The position numbers were made by a program, and so were the translations under genes. The notes below the pieces were generated by a model. The model had not been told where the DNA came from, did no database searches, and was given only the letters and a program-made list of their open reading frames with translations. A stretch of 61,944 bases of DNA, filler included, from Sphacelaria rigidula (Eukaryota), in the NCBI GenBank assembly GCA_964200075.2. It is 11 parts of 11 records of this genome, joined end to end, with 100 filler letters (N's around TTAATTAATTAA, not from the genome) between each part and the next. Parts side by side here need not be neighbours in the genome. Positions count along the whole stretch, not along the records: positions 50,765 to 56,304 come from CAXNAA020026502.1; positions 56,405 to 61,944 come from CAXNAA020026503.1; 9 more parts are not named here. One strand, given 5' to 3'. Below are positions 50,851 through 61,944 of the stretch, piece after piece (position 1 is the first letter of the stretch; each line of letters begins with the position of its first letter).

Positions 50851-51357
50851 GGGGAGGGGGGGGGGAAGATTTCACGTCGAGTATATGCTGTGGTATAGAT
50901 TCTCGAAGGGGAAAGGAAGAAAAGGGCTCGATCTTTTTTGTTTGTTTTCATCTCATTGTTTTCAGGATTTGCGGCTTACTTTGGTGCAGAGAATATTGGG
51001 AAATTCCCAAGTTTTCCCTAATTTGACGTCTTTGTATTTGTATTTTGCTGCTGTAGTAGTAGTAGTGGTAGTGGTAGTGGTAATACTTCCTGTTGTATTT
51101 TATCGTAGTTAGTTGTAGTTCTTGTTGGGGTTGTTGATGCGGTTGGGTTGTTTTTGTCGTATGTTGGTGTTTTTGTCATTGTCACTATCATCATTGTCAC
51201 CATTATTTCTGACCTCTCAAAACTAATGTATTCCTTGCTTGCGTGCATCCGTCCATCATTTGACAATTTGAGTTTGGTTCGTTCGACTGATGTTCGTCCA
51301 CTTGTTTATTCGTCATGTCTCGCGTCTGTTGTGTTTTCTTCTCTCGCTTTCTGACAG

Positions 51358-51553
51358 CACCGCCGGCAAACCTCACAAGGCGGAAGATACACTCGCGGAT
51401 CGTAATATCATCACGCGCTTATTTTACGGCTGCTACCCCTTTTTCGCGTACTGCTGCGTCGGCACCGAGCTCTTCTACGTGACTTTGTATCTGCTCGTCT
51501 TCATTCCGGAGGCTGCCTTGAACTTGGGAGGCGTTACGATCACACTGCATGCG
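51358..51553 (+). CDS. PIS1: Phosphatidylinositol synthase (CDP-diacylglycerol-inositol 3-phosphatidyltransferase), penultimate exon
   Basis: gacag|(S)TAGKPHK...RNIITRLFYGCYPFFAYCCVGTELFYVTLYLL...|gttagt; matches the PIS pattern SHK...N..LR.YY...C.GNELFY..LYL. Confidence 0.85.
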
Positions 51554-52094
51554 GTTAGTTTTTTCTTATTTTTTACACTTGGTATTCGCCCCGCCTCGTC
51601 CTCGGTACGAATCCGTGATCTCACATGCTTGGTGCGTATGTATATATATACATATATATATTTTCCATTTTTCCTTCGCCAAAGAATGACTGGGAAAAAA
51701 ATGTGGTCGTGTTGGTATCTCTCCCCTCCCCCCACACCCCTTCCCTTCTTGATTCTGACCGAGTCATCCCCAGCCGTTGACTAACATGAACGTGCTACTG
51801 CAGTAACAATCGTACGTGATTGCATCCATGTTGTATCATTATTCGAACTCGATTTTCTCGAGAATCAAGTGCCCTGCGCTGTCGAGGAAGCAGGTCTATG
51901 CACTTGAATGATCTCGATGATGCATCGCCAATGATACAGCTGTATGTCGATGTCATGGGCGACACGCCATCCCAGTCGAGAAATGCATGTTGGAGAATGA
52001 GTGCCAAGGAATTCGCGGTGACAAAGAGTATAATGATGAAGTACGCTGTCATTTCCTGTTAGCCCCCCCCCTTCCCCTCCAGGTGATCCAGGCG

Positions 52095-52400
52095 CACCCA
52101 TGAGGCAGTGTATAAACCGTGGCTGTCTCTGGAAGTGGCGATACCAGAAAATTAAGCAGCTCATTGTAGCCTGTCATCCAAATGCAAGATAATCAGTAGG
52201 CTCCGGGCCGGACAATCTTAGCGGGATGCAGCTCACCCTTCATGCGACTCGCCGAGAACACCACGACGCTTCGCGCCTGGTGGTTTGAGTGCGAGCCTGG
52301 TCCGGCGAAAATCCGGCGTGCTCCGTCCCGGCACGGCGTTGTAGGGATGCGAGGTCAATGGTCTCATGACTATTGTCATGCATGATCATGACGAAACCCC
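52095..52400 (+). mobile_element. Family B: ~310-bp SINE-like element sharing the LINE 3' tail (in a PIS intron)
   Basis: Eight copies or fragments in the window; the 5' end recurs in three copies. Confidence 0.8.
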
Positions 52401-53421
52401 AACGTAATCCTGCTACTATACTGCGGCCTTGTCGAAATAAGTTGTGTCTCCTTTAGACGGGGGTAAAACGGTTGCCCGTAACTTGCACCCAAGACATGGG
52501 ATTTTACAAATTGGGGATGGATTTTTTTATCGAGGGTCAACCTTGGGAATATTTATACGCATCGAAATATTTTCGAAAAACAAATACAAATGCACTCTCC
52601 GGCCGTGATGTGCGGGCTCGTTCATCCTTAGAACGAGAAAAAAAACACCCTCACTTTGAAACATCTCGGATCAAGCGTTGCCGAGGTATACCGTGAGCGC
52701 ATTCCCGTACGAGTTCGCACTGCCGATAACGGTTTTCCATGTCGCGGCGACAAATGGTTCGTTGCCGATGGAAACAAAGACAAATTCATCGGTGACGGCG
52801 AGCGTTTGCACCGATACTTGAGCGTTTTTTTTTGTTTGTGATTCAGCCGCTGCTGAGGTGGAAATTGCGGAAAATGGGGTCACGCTCCTTGCAACATGCC
52901 TGGTCTTTGTCGACAGAGACGCACGCTACACGGCACGCAATACAGGGAACAGTCGCGAGTTCTAGCCCACTTTGATTTTTGCTTGCCTGTTTTTATTCCC
53001 TTATTTGCTCCGGTTTTGGCTTATTCAGTGTCCTTTTTCCCCTCCGCGTGTGTGTTCTTTTGGTTATGCCGTGGTATGCTGCCGCGGAGGTCGTATTTCC
53101 GTCGAACGTCCGACTGCAAGTCCAGAAAATCAGGCTAATCCCATCTATGAACGGTAATATTAATTAACGCAAGCGGTGACGTCAGGCACTGTAGTGTTTC
53201 GGTCTCATTCAGAACCCGAAAAGTTGTCAAGCAAGTCAATTTCTGAGATCATTCTTGAGATTACCTCGAGAGAAGATATTGAGCAAAGTTTTATGCCGTG
53301 TGCTCTGCACGATACGTCAATTTAGTGCTCCGTCACGGAATGTGACACTTGGAGGAACTGCCCCTATTCCCCCCCCCTCTGCACGCGTGTGCAAAATACA
53401 CGCACGCGCGCACACACACAG

Positions 53422-53601
53422 GCTTGCTTCTGGGTGTGCCTGCCGGCGTGCGTGTGCAAGCAGTTGGTCAACATGGCGCAGCTGTGCTCCGCATCGTTAT
53501 CGCTGGCAGCTGCAGATTCCCAAGCTGGGGGAGCTGATATTTTGGCAGAAGCATCAGCAGCAGCATCAGCAGCAGCAGCAGCATCATCGAAGAGAGACTG
53601 A
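53422..53601 (+). CDS. PIS1: Phosphatidylinositol synthase, terminal exon
   Basis: acag|ACFWVCLPACVCKQLVNMAQLCSASLSLAAAD...SSKRD*; P...K..+N+.QL..A...+A..D pattern; phase 0 match. Confidence 0.85.
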   Translation, partial: ACFWVCLPACVCKQLVNMAQLCSASLSLAAADSQAGGADILAEASAAASAAAAASSKRD

Positions 53602-54809
53602 AACTGTGCTGTGTCTTCCTGCATTGTTGAGTTTTTCAAGGCGTACTGTTTCAGTAGAGCTGATGCGATGTATTTTCTATTGCTGCCGGGCGCCACAGTA
53701 GTGTTTTCGCGGAAACCGTAATGCATACATGAGTAGGTCTACCGTGTGACCACGGCTCGTACCGGTGGGGGTTCGTTGATCCGGTGTTGGTGCTGTATAT
53801 CGGCATTGATGTTAATCGTTGGGGCCTAGACTAGCCAGCTCTAGAGTACAGGATTGCAGGGAGGTGAAGTAAACCAGCTGACAGTACTGAATCAAATCGT
53901 TTCGGTTTGACACGTGCTTGCTCACCACTCAAGTGTTTTTTTTTTTTCTGAATGTTTTTTCACCAAGTGTGAGAAAATGCGTTTCATTTACCCGCTTGGG
54001 TTCCGTTTCGTTCGGGCGCTANNNNNNNNNNGTGGGGGATGAAACCCGCCGTTAGTGTTGAATGAAGGGGTTTCGGTTTGACACGTGCTTGCTCACCACT
54101 CAAGTGTTTTTTTTTTTTTCTGAATGTTGCGTAACCAAGTGGGAGAAAATACGGTTCATGTACCGGCGTGGTTTCCGTTTGTTTGGGGCGTAAAACTGTG
54201 ACATTTAAGCCTACTTGACTTCTTCAGGGTACCACGAAATGGGTGTGTGTGGATCATCGCCCGCGATGTTGCTGAGTTTTAGATATTGTGTTTGCATGTG
54301 TTTATAGAATGGCATTGTTGCGGTGCGTCTACAAAAGCACCTTGCTTTTTATTCAGCATAATGAGTGAATTGAACTGAAGACATTGAAGTATTAATCAAC
54401 ACAACTTTTCATCGCTCGTTGTTAGTTGGCCGTTGAAATGGTGTGGTGATTTTACTTTCTTGAGGGGGCAAGGGGCTGTGGAGAGGTCATAGAGGAAGTG
54501 TCTTGCGATAGTGTCGAAGACAGATCACGAAGGTTTCATTCAGCCTTCGCTCAGTCGGTGTGGATAGCTGCACTGTGTTGTTTTTTTTAAATTCTCTGTG
54601 ACCTTCTTTGTACAGTATTGTGCACTGCGTTATCGTTTGATGGTGGTGTCGGCAGATTTTGTAATACGTGGGTACCGCACGGTACGGCATCAGAGGAACA
54701 CAAGGCGTGTACGTCCTTTGTCCTATTGGTAAAGTCTTTGTGTTGTCTCTGGCCCTTGACCGTGTCAGATGTGTCGAGTAATAGCATTTTGAAATCTTGA
54801 GCGTTTTTT

Positions 54810-55840
54810 CAACATGATCTGTTTTTTCTTTTCATTCGCGCACGTTCCCAAAAAAACAGAGCTGGCCCGAAAATTACTGTTCGTTGCCCCTGTTCCAGGG
54901 TAAAGAACGGGAAGGAAGAAAAATGGTCCCGGTTGTCACTATATCTTGCTGCCAGGTAGTCCCAGGCCATCGTGACGGCCTTATTATCGTGTTTCATCAC
55001 TTTCTTCAACGTTCCCGCACTCCAGCGCGGCGCAACCCTGGCATGCTCCATCCACAAGCCCTTACCGCGTAACTTACGGAGTCTTTCGCTGTAAACCTTG
55101 ACGAGGCCTTGCCAAACCCTTTCTGACGTGTTTCCGTCGTGCTCTTCGTACTGCCTGAAGGTAGTTTCCACTAACTCGTCTATCGAACTGGCGTTTATAC
55201 CCCATCCTGTTCAGTTGAGATATGCAAAGAAGCCCAAGTCTTTGATGTCCAAGTCGGGCGATTGGTAAGGCGGCATCATAAGCTTCACCATCCAAAGCCA
55301 CCTCGTATCCCCAGACTGGAGAAATTTCGGGATTGTATTTCCCCGGGTGGGGCGTCGTGTCGTCCTGCTGCACTACTACTCGCTTGGAACATAGCCACGG
55401 CATTCTGAGCTTGACCGACGGGAAAAGTACGCCGAGGTACCCCGTCTTGTAAGAGTCGGCATCGATGGTGCAGTCGAGCTCGTATTTTCCTCCTTCTCTT
55501 GGACGATCGCTCGGACGTTTTCAGGACGGAAATGCGCCAGGTATCGATCTCTTCGTCGAAGCTGTAGCCCGGGTGCGGCGGAGTGCTTGCCACAATTAGC
55601 GAATCTTCGGAAGGTGGCCCATGTGCTGTACGCGGGGAGACCCACGGGGATAGCTCCACCCGGGAAGATTCCAACCTCTTCCTAGTTCGTCAAAAGGAGA
55701 AAACACTTTCGTCCAGATGGATGACGATTCCTTGATCAACAAAGTTACCAGTCGTTTCGTCTAGATGATCGTAGACAAAATCGATCCGCGCTTACTCTGA
55801 CCGCCGTAAAGAGACGGTTTGATGTGGCGAGCTACCTGAG
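54810..55840 (-). mobile_element. Decayed Tc1/mariner transposase (plant/oomycete DD39D-like)
   Basis: HIKPSL, VIHLDE, VVVQQDDTTPH and PPYQSPDLDIKDLGFF motifs in order, with frameshifts. Confidence 0.85.
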
Positions 55841-58800
55841 CTACCTACTTTTCTCTCTCCTTCTTCAACACCGCCTCACGGCCTCTGGGCCCTATTCCAG
55901 CCTGATTTCTTGTAGTTGATCGAACATTTTCCGGAGGCCCATTAGGATCGACACTGTTTTTCGGATATCTCCGATTTTTTCGGAATTCTCGCACTCTGCC
56001 TTTAGACTCCTCTGAAAATGAAGCCGCTTGATATTTTTTACTAAGCTTCATTGTCGGAGAATTTCAAGTCCGGAAAATTCGGACTGCAAGGGAGCACTTC
56101 GGAGAGCTGCTGTGTGTGGGCCGCGGCGCTCACGAGGCTTCGGGAGTCATCAGGTACCTCGCCAGGGACACCCTGGGCCGTATTAAGAGTAAAACGTGCC
56201 GTGGGTTGGCTGGAATAGCGCCCTCAGGCCGACGAAGGCGAGCCAATAACAGCCGATTTTATATTTTGGGGTTCATACAAAATATGGGGCTGAAGTGACA
56301 TATCNNNNNNNNNNNNNNNNNNNNNNNNNNNNNNNNNNNNNNNNNNNNTTAATTAATTAANNNNNNNNNNNNNNNNNNNNNNNNNNNNNNNNNNNNNNNN
56401 NNNNATATGTCTCCAAGTGGTGGCTGATAGCTCCATTAGTAATCAGTGTTAGCTAGGTAGTAAAACGAGAGTTGCTGTGTGCTGGAAGTTGTGTGGGCGG
56501 TGGGCTCCGGTCAAAGACGCCCGATTGGAATACAACACCAACATGCGAATGGAATAAGACCTACTGCACTTGCCACGCGTACTGCAAAACGCCTACTACA
56601 CATACAGTCGATATCCGCCGTAACATCCCCCTCCCTTGCTTCGTGCACGCTGCTAATGGAAGGTAAGGAAAGTCACAGCTCAATGCACTCCGGGGGAATT
56701 TCCTCTACTTTGTATGCCATCAGCCTAAGATCACGGTAGTGACGAGAAAACCGTAGAATTTCGGGGCTAAGATTAACCGCGGGAAAAACTCGTCATGAAA
56801 TAGGAAGGATGGGCAAAACCTGGTTTTCAGGGAAAAGCCTCATCGCTTGGGGAAAAAATCTCTCACGCCCTTTCGGATCATAGCGAGTGCTTTCGCATGT
56901 GCTATGTCGTCCCGGGATCCCAGTTACACTGGGAACAGAAACCACGGAGAATAGTCGGTGACTATTTTCCGATGGTAACGGCGCTTAGACACCCTTGATT
57001 GATTTACAATCCTGGGTAGTGTAGGACTCGCAAAAAGAGCTGACCTACTAAAAAAACCCAAGAAAGCGCTTACTGGCTGATGGGGGTGCGTAGGCTTTTC
57101 TCTCACCGACCCGCAGCAACTGACCTACTGGACACAGGGACTCCTATATCTTAGATCAACATGTGCGTCATGGTACAGTGTCCAAGCAGGTACTCGGTGC
57201 TCACCCTTCTTGTACCATGCTCACTCCACGATATGATATGCTCTACTCGAAAGGGGTGGGGCACCCTAAATCGGATCAACGTTCTTCGAGGACGAAGAAA
57301 CGTGATGAACGAACCGCGTACGTGAAATAAAGGGTGGAATCAGGTCTGACAAAACCAAGAAATCAATAATCTCCATGGAATGCAATAGCGGGGAAAAAAC
57401 AAAGGGCGGGCCTAGATCAACTCCGCGAAAAGATGTAAAGGAGATGGGAAACCGAAAAAAAGTGCTGGAGGAACGAACCAGGTCCACAGCAAAAAGAGAA
57501 GGGAGGAAGGCAACTGAAACATGAAAGAAAACTAGAAAGGACCCATCACGTCAGTAACACGAAAAAACAGTTCATGAAACATGAAAGCAGTCAAAAACAT
57601 AGGACTGACGAGAAAAAGGATCAGGTCCTACGAAATCAAAAGAAACCAGAACGGGATAGGGAAGAACAGATGGAATCCAGGCTAGAAATGACCGGACAGA
57701 GAAAAAAAGGATGAGGCCCTGAGGAGGAAGCCCTGAGGAGGAAGTTCTGCTCCGAAAAAACGAGGCAAACAATTCGCGAAGGCGCCCCCTCCCCGAAAAC
57801 AATCAAGATCAAACGTTGTAAGGTGAGAAAATAAAGCCGGGAGCAATAGGTAGTATGTAACCGAGCTCATAATCAACGGAAAAACACGAGTGAAAATAGA
57901 CCCGAAGAGAGTAGAAAAAAAGTACGTAGTGAACAGCTGTTCCAATGAAAAGAAAGAAACAGTACTGAACTACTGCTCATTACTATATATAAAAATACAA
58001 ATACAAATACAAAGCGCTGCTCGCTCCTGTAATGCACCACAAAACGGTCTCCAGCTTTCCTTCGTACAATGTTCATGCTTTTCTCTGCTTCGCTCGCTCA
58101 ATGCCATCGACTCGCTCGTCTGGGTCACTTGCTGGAGCTCTTCACTTATTGAAGACTCTCCGCAGTCTTCGTCTCATCAGTTCTTTCGAAGCGTTCACCA
58201 TCGTCGAATACTTGTCCTTTATGCTGAGCGTCGTCAATATCCTTTCCGAATGCAAAACCTATGGGGAAACAAGTTCAGAATATCACTGCGCGACAGAGGG
58301 ACATGGCGTGCTCGGGCGGGATAGCATACTTGATGCCTTGGCTGGGTGGTGCAGATGCCAAAGGGCGTAGAAGCCGTCCACTCGGGAAGCATCAGGCTTT
58401 CGAGGACTCTCCTTCCTGGTTGCTTTTGACATTGCTCCATCCTAGGCCTTTGCCCGCTATTTCCAAGCTGTTTTTCTTCTTTTTTGAGATTTGGACTCGC
58501 GACGGTGTTTCAGGGTGAGGAGGTGGGGTGTGGGGTTTTCAAAGGTTGGCGTCGCTCGGAGGTCTGGTGTTCAACCAAACTAGACGGACCCGTCACCGGT
58601 TGAATATCTCAGGTGGGGCAGGTAACGGTGTGTGGTTCGACCTATGGCGGACTATCTGGCGCGTACGTATTTTGTGTCCTTGCATCACCACCTCCAGACC
58701 GCGTGTCGTCATTAGTCCTTGCCAACTTTCCATGTAGCGTGTACTAGTGCTGCAATTTCCTGCCGTGCCCATCCCGACATTGAGATCTCACCTTCCGGAT

Positions 58801-59669
58801 CCACAACCAGTTTTACCTCGCATAGGTGCTATTCGCGCTGTTCTACGAGAGGGTCCAGTCCTGCACTCGGTTCTGCTTCGTGAAGGTCAGCTAAGATATA
58901 TGTGTGTTTTTGCGTCGACACGGCGACTCGGGGAAGAGAGCAGCGTGTCAAGCAATGTGCGCTTGGTTCAAGGGGCCAATGAGACGTGTTCCCACCTGAC
59001 TTGCAAAGCTCTGATAACATATCCAGCACTCATCCTCCTGGTCTCACGACTGCGTTCTTACCGCGTGGGAGATCTGACGCTTCGGGAAGGATGCCTTCCT
59101 TCATTCACCTGCCCAAATGGGTGACTACCTCCACGCTAAACGCTTCGCCTCTGTTCCGCGAATCTTTTGAGGGACACAGCAAGTTAAGGTTCCGCGAATC
59201 TTTTGAGGGGCACAGCAAGTTAGGCACATTCTGCAGGGGCACTGACTACCCCGTTGACTTGTTTTGATGGCTGTGAAAAATTAACTGGGGATCGAGAAGC
59301 GAGGTCAAGTGCCTGCAGATGTATGTGTATGTGAGCGCAACATTATCTCAATTGTTGGCTAGTTGATCACCTCGCCCCATGGGTCTACCGCACGCGCCTA
59401 CCTGATGGCCCTTTCGCGACTGCTTGACCTCTTGGGCCTCCTGCAACGGCATGGCAGCACATCTTGCCTGAGATCATTCTTGCGTGTTGACGAAAGGGAG
59501 CGGTCACGCATCGTGGAAAGGAGGCGCCTACTGCTAAAGTTTCGAGTGCTCATCATTATTTTGGAACCGCCGGCAGCTCCTCCGCATCAACTCCCAGGTA
59601 TCGCTTTTATTTCGTACTCAGATCGCCTCTCACCTACCGTTTCGGCCGTCGTTTTCCCCCCAGGTCCAA

Positions 59670-60638
59670 CGTTTTTGTGGGGATTTCAGAAACAGTGGAA
59701 GGATTGAAAAAACAGATAGACAAGGCGCAAGAATACACTACTGTAGGCCATGGAGAATGACAACGAACAGCGAATGAGAGTGGTAACGAATGTGAAAATA
59801 TGCGCGATACTCGTCTGTAACGAGGATGAGAAAATACACTGGAGTTTAGGTGGAAGTGGGGAGGAGGGGAACTGTCGATTCCAGACTAATATACATACCT
59901 TGGCTCAAAGATATCAAAACACTGTTCTTGGGATGCACAAATCAACAAGGTAGTATAAAAGGTGAAGTACAGATAGGAAGGATGAACGTGATCCTCAGAG
60001 ACCCGCACCCAGACACCAGGATTGAGGTATGTATCCTGACGAACTTGATCGTACCTCAGCTGGAATATGCAGGAGAAGTATGGAAGTGGGACGTGAAATT
60101 GGTGACGCAAGCTAGAAAACAGTACAGAGAGCAGCAGCCAAGTAGATATTTGGATGCACGGACCTGCCGGAAAGATTGATTGATTGATTGGTTGATTGTC
60201 GCACTTCAACTGACCCCCCAGGGGTCCAGCCGTGGTCTCATGATAGACGTACCCACGAAAAACGAAACTGAAACACGCTCTGAGAAAAGGGGGAACAGTA
60301 AAAAAGAAAAAGTATACCAGTAATCGGAAAGAGGAAGTTGATAGACAAATTACCTCTGTGGCAAAGCAGTCGAGAGCAGAAGTCATAAAGTGGCGCAATG
60401 TGAACTGTACAAGAAGGAGCAACACGTGCTAGAGGGAGAAATGCGGGACGTGAACGAAGGAGGCATGGAATCGTCTGATGTATTAGCTACGTAAAATGTT
60501 TTTGCGCAGAGTATGGGATAAACGTAATGAGCTATGGAAGAAGCGTAATGCGCTCCGGAATGTTGAACGTGTCTCTAAAGGGATGCGTGGTCAATGGTCA
60601 AACGACCAAGGCAAGCAACAAGTGAGTACGCCCCCCCT
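59670..60638 (+). mobile_element. Decayed, 5'-truncated LINE copy with deletions and an insertion; oligo(C) tail
   Basis: Aligns with 18205-19676; ends GTGAGTACG(C)7. Confidence 0.88.
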
Positions 60639-61944
60639 CAGATTCGATTGCACCTGTTCTCCCAAAGGGTCTCCTTGCTGGCGATCAGACTGGATGCGTT
60701 GGTCAGGGTCTACAGAGCACGATCATTCGCCACTGTGTCCAGTTCGAGGTCTGTCGGATGAAGTAGGCGTGTCCCCCCCTGCGGAGAGCACTTCGCCTAT
60801 CTTCGTTCCTTCGCTAACTGTGCGGAATGACCAGTACTCACACCTGTTACGGAACCTTGATCGGTGCTGTTCGGGCGGTCTCGGGTCAACTACGTGGAGA
60901 GCTATGTGACTCTACTCGACAAAAAAGGTGGCGTTGATTTGCTGCGAATGGAGTACAGTTCTCAAGGGGGTACTTGTAGCTCACCGTTGTTGATGATCAG
61001 AACCTGCTTCGGGTCCGTGAAGAATAGCCCAGTGTCCAGAGCCCAGCAGGACGCCCACCAGCTCCCGTTTCTCCGATTCACCCACCTCTTAACCTTACGC
61101 TACAAACTTCCCGATATATGGTTGCACCATCTTCTTAGATGTCTAGCAAACCGCTATTGGCTACGATTGATGGAGGCGCTGTCGATGCCCTATCTCACCC
61201 GTTATCCCGAGTTGGCTTTCGTTGCGCTTAGTGGTCGTCCCTGGAGTTCGCCATCGCAGGTTTCTCCAGGCAAATGTACCTGGGGTGTACTTTCGTGCGT
61301 CAGGCAATGGCTCTAGCAAAACATTTGCAAAACAAAACACCATGGATGGGTGGGGCTGTACGCTTGCAACATGAAGGTAGCAAAAACACACGGCGAAGAT
61401 GGCTGTAGAGTAAAATTTCCACGGGGAGTAGAGAATAAAACTGAAATTGTAGAAAGAGAGGAGACAAACGGCGGAAAATCAAGAGGTAACATCCGGCAAA
61501 TAGGGGGGCAAAAAGGGGAAGAAAAAAAAATGATTGAGTCGGTGAGAGGAGAAAATGACAATAATAGTGCACCGTAGGCTATGACTGCTGAATGCAGACA
61601 ATGAGGGAAATTGATCACTAGTATAACACAGTTGATAGCGACAAAGAAAAAATTCAAGAGCAAAAAAATACCAGCGGGAGAGGATATAAACGTGGTATGA
61701 TGCGATACCAACGACCATGGGATGACTCGCGGCATTGCGCAGGCATATTCAGGGCGACAGGAGAGGGCAAAATCGAACAGCAAAAGCGGCAGGGGCGGAT
61801 GGGGGTGTAGTATTAGTGCGCGCTCTGCCGATGTTCGTATGCAATTCCGAAACTTGAAAAATAAATAAATGTGGGAGATATCCCTTTGCAGTGACATATC
61901 AGAGACTGATGTCACACATGTATACAGACCCAGTGCAAGCAGGG

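Noticed and set aside
53899..54190. Direct repeat flanking the 10-N gap
   Set aside because: Could be a scaffolding overlap artefact; cannot be distinguished from transposon subterminal repeats.
60640..61300. Possible very decayed minus-strand RT (GELQGRPL resembling GVxQGDPL), perhaps continuing at 58000-59670
   Set aside because: Single weak motif with many stops; not supportable by eye.

Overview
Eukaryotic DNA, most likely a brown alga (Phaeophyceae; inferred from intron-rich GT-AG genes, TTAGGG repeats and an algal-type LPMO). It is not one locus: it is 11 unrelated, size-sorted contigs (4 x 5541 bp, then 7 x 5540 bp) joined by 100-bp N44-TTAATTAATTAA-N44 linkers, so adjacency across linkers means nothing. 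By manual splicing I recover partial genes for a CAMK-like Ser/Thr kinase, a secreted His1 LPMO-like protein, a CCDC177-like coiled-coil protein, an AIF-like oxidoreductase, RPL38 and phosphatidylinositol synthase. The rest is mostly repeats: decayed LINEs, a tRNA-derived SINE, several MITE families (98-bp piggyBac-type TTAA, Harbinger-like, one carrying telomeric repeats), a mariner transposase relic, a gag-protease relic and a 42-bp minisatellite element. The most notable pattern is a LINE family ending in oligo(C) instead of poly(A), found at G/C tracts, with a ~310-bp non-coding partner element sharing its 3' tail. Family assignments come from motif recall, not database searches.
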